From an uncultured Deinococcales bacterium (GTDB lineage Bacteria; Deinococcota; Deinococci; Deinococcales; JAAFIG01): 26,627 nucleotides of DNA. Both the position numbers and the translations under genes were made by a program. Positions within the stretch are counted from its first letter, which is position 1. Every line of letters begins with the position of its first letter. The notes beneath the pieces are model-generated. The model was not told where the DNA came from. It made no database searches and saw only the letters and a program-made list of their open reading frames with translations. Positions 25,052-26,627 of this stretch are shown here, piece after piece. The DNA is taken from assembly GCA_964247135.1 (NCBI GenBank), contig CAXTTL010000041.1, forward strand, positions 1-26,627, in the 5' to 3' direction.

Positions 25052-25504
25052 TCAAGAAATCCTGCCGACCGCGTGAATTTTGCCGTCCCGCAGCTCGAGC
25101 TTCAAGGCTTGCAGGGGTTTTTTGGTCGGACCCTGGATGACCGTGCCGTCGGCGTCGTACATGCTGTCGTGACACGGGCAGACCAGCACATGGTCAGTAT
25201 TGGGCGGCTTGGTTTCGCAGCCCTGGTGCATACAGGTCAGGGTACACGCCGTCAGGAATATCTTCTTGTCGATCTCGAGGAGTCGTTCGTTGGTTTCGCG
25301 CGGTGCTGGGATTCGTACCGCCAGAGAATTTGTGTTTTCATAGACAAAAGAAATCGAATCGAATTCTTTTTTGAAAGCCGCAACTTCGCCCACCGTGACA
25401 TCGGCGGGTTTGGCTTGTTGCGCCAAACTCGAGGGCTGTCCGCTGGCAAGTCCAACGCCGCCCACAACCAAACTTTGAACAACTTGACGACGGTTGATGC
25501 CCAT
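25052..25504 (-). CDS. Rieske [2Fe-2S] domain protein with a twin-arginine-like signal
   Basis: AAGGAG RBS before ATG 25504; MGINRRQVVQSLVVGGVGLA; CMHQGC and CPCHDSMY boxes; GPTKKPL. Confidence 0.88.
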   Translation of the reverse strand: MGINRRQVVQSLVVGGVGLASGQPSSLAQQAKPADVTVGEVAAFKKEFDSISFVYENTNSLAVRIPAPRETNERLLEIDKKIFLTACTLTCMHQGCETKPPNTDHVLVCPCHDSMYDADGTVIQGPTKKPLQALKLELRDGKIHAVGRIS

Positions 25505-25526
25505 AAAACTCCTTGTCTTTAACCAG

Positions 25527-25563
25527 AAAAGTCGTGTCCCGCAGGAGGTGATTGCGGGACACG
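25527..25563 (-). terminator. Stem-loop/terminator after the third phosphoesterase gene
   Basis: CGTGTCCCGCA-N9-TGCGGGACACG 11-bp stem; on the minus strand it is followed by acTTTT. Confidence 0.7.
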
Positions 25564-25576
25564 GTTCCGGCGGCAA

Positions 25577-26627
25577 TTACCTGTTCTCGAGGTTGATGCC
25601 CGAATGGTTGGAATCCAGATTTTTAATGACCTTTTGCAGTGCGGCTTCGCCAGTCGCAATCGGCACGCGCCTCGAGCCAGCCCCGAGCATGATGTCGGCA
25701 CTCTCGTTGAACGTGACGTCTTGTCCAACGCTTTTCAGGTAGGCGTGAACGTCGCTGGGATGGAACACTTTTGGATCGCCCGGGTAGGGCGTGTCATAGC
25801 CTTTGGTGGCGTACCAAATCGCACGGTTTAATAAGGCGGGGTCGGCGCGGTCGGGTCCACTCGAGAAATCCATTTTCTGAGACGCCCGCGCCCATGCCCC
25901 CTCAAGCGTCAGCAGCGAAACAGGTTTGGGATTCAATTCGGTCAGCGCCGTGGTCGGTTCGAGCGCCGTGAAAGGCTCGAGGTTGGCGCTGCTCGAGAAC
26001 AGCGTATTCAGGTGCGTGGGGTCCACCGCCATGTCCATCTGGTTCATTGGGGGCAAGCCCAGAATGCGTTCCATCGCGGCAATAAAATCGATTTGGGTCA
26101 TGTACTGGCTGAACGTGCCAGCCTTGCTGTAGGCGGAAATAATGTTCGCGGGTCCTCGGTGTCCGTTGACATGATCCACACCGTTTTGCACGTCATCCTC
26201 GACCACAAAAATGACCGTGTCCTTCCAATACGGACTCTTGCTGATCGCCTCGACCACGCGCCCGAGCGCCAGATCGTTGTCGGCAACCATCGCCTTGGGG
26301 GTTGGGTAGGTCGGCGCGGTACCGTTGGTGTGATCGCTGGTCAATGCCATGATGTTGAAATCGGGCAGGTTGCCGTCTTTGACATATTGGTTAAATTCTT
26401 TCAACCAAATTTCCGTGCGGTACTGATCCGAAATCACCTGATGGTACGGCGGGAAATCTTTATCAATGATCTTCTCGAGGCTCGGCACGTCCGAATGCGC
26501 CTCGAGTTTTGCAATGTGCATCGGACCCGTTTTTTTGCCGCCCATAATCAAGGCGTCGTCATAAAAATTATTCCAAACGCCCGCCTCGGTCACGCCGCCA
26601 CCGACGAAGCTCGAGCCGAGCCAGGGC
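25577..26627 (-). CDS. Third, more divergent phosphoesterase paralogue; 3' part only, open to the window edge
   Basis: ISDQYR, LTSDHTNG, MVADNDLALG, SPYWKDTVIFVVEDDVQNGVDHVNGHR, ILGLPPMNQMD; no stop in this frame up to the edge. Confidence 0.88.
   Translation of the reverse strand, partial: PWLGSSFVGGGVTEAGVWNNFYDDALIMGGKKTGPMHIAKLEAHSDVPSLEKIIDKDFPPYHQVISDQYRTEIWLKEFNQYVKDGNLPDFNIMALTSDHTNGTAPTYPTPKAMVADNDLALGRVVEAISKSPYWKDTVIFVVEDDVQNGVDHVNGHRGPANIISAYSKAGTFSQYMTQIDFIAAMERILGLPPMNQMDMAVDPTHLNTLFSSSANLEPFTALEPTTALTELNPKPVSLLTLEGAWARASQKMDFSSGPDRADPALLNRAIWYATKGYDTPYPGDPKVFHPSDVHAYLKSVGQDVTFNESADIMLGAGSRRVPIATGEAALQKVIKNLDSNHSGINLENR

Larger units (their letters stand above)
52..26615. repeat. 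Highly iterated palindrome CTCGAG dispersed across the window
   Basis: Hand count about 160 copies (about one per 165 bp), in coding and intergenic DNA; about 8 expected from mononucleotide composition. Confidence 0.93.

Noticed and set aside
19574-25076. Many 200-270-aa plus-strand ORFs over the phosphoesterase genes
   Set aside because: Antisense shadows produced by GC-biased codon usage.

Overview
A gene-dense window (roughly 55% GC by eye) devoted almost entirely to phosphorus scavenging. Minus strand, right to left: three tandem secreted phosphoesterase paralogues (two complete with beta-propeller + phosphoesterase domains, one cut by the window edge) with a Tat-type Rieske protein and a second PhnD-like binding protein; a COG4280-like membrane protein pair behind a structured leader; a glycosyltransferase/UDP-glucose dehydrogenase block; a PtpB/IphP-type phosphatase; a UgpABE-like ABC transporter; and a C-P lyase operon phnC-D-E-G-H-I-J-K-[REP-like insert]-hexapeptide acetyltransferase-metallophosphoesterase-phnL-phnM'. 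Two signals stand out. (1) The PhnJ has no cysteine at all: the four Cys of the canonical CX2CX21CX5C motif are replaced in frame while the rest of the protein looks intact, which suggests a non-canonical C-P lyase-like system. (2) The palindrome CTCGAG occurs about 160 times by hand count, versus about 8 expected from base composition, like a HIP1-type highly iterated palindrome. A shared TGACA-N9-(-10) promoter layout and leaderless -10/ATG spacing point to a Pho-type regulon in a Deinococcota-like organism (inference). All family calls come from motif recognition; no searches were run.
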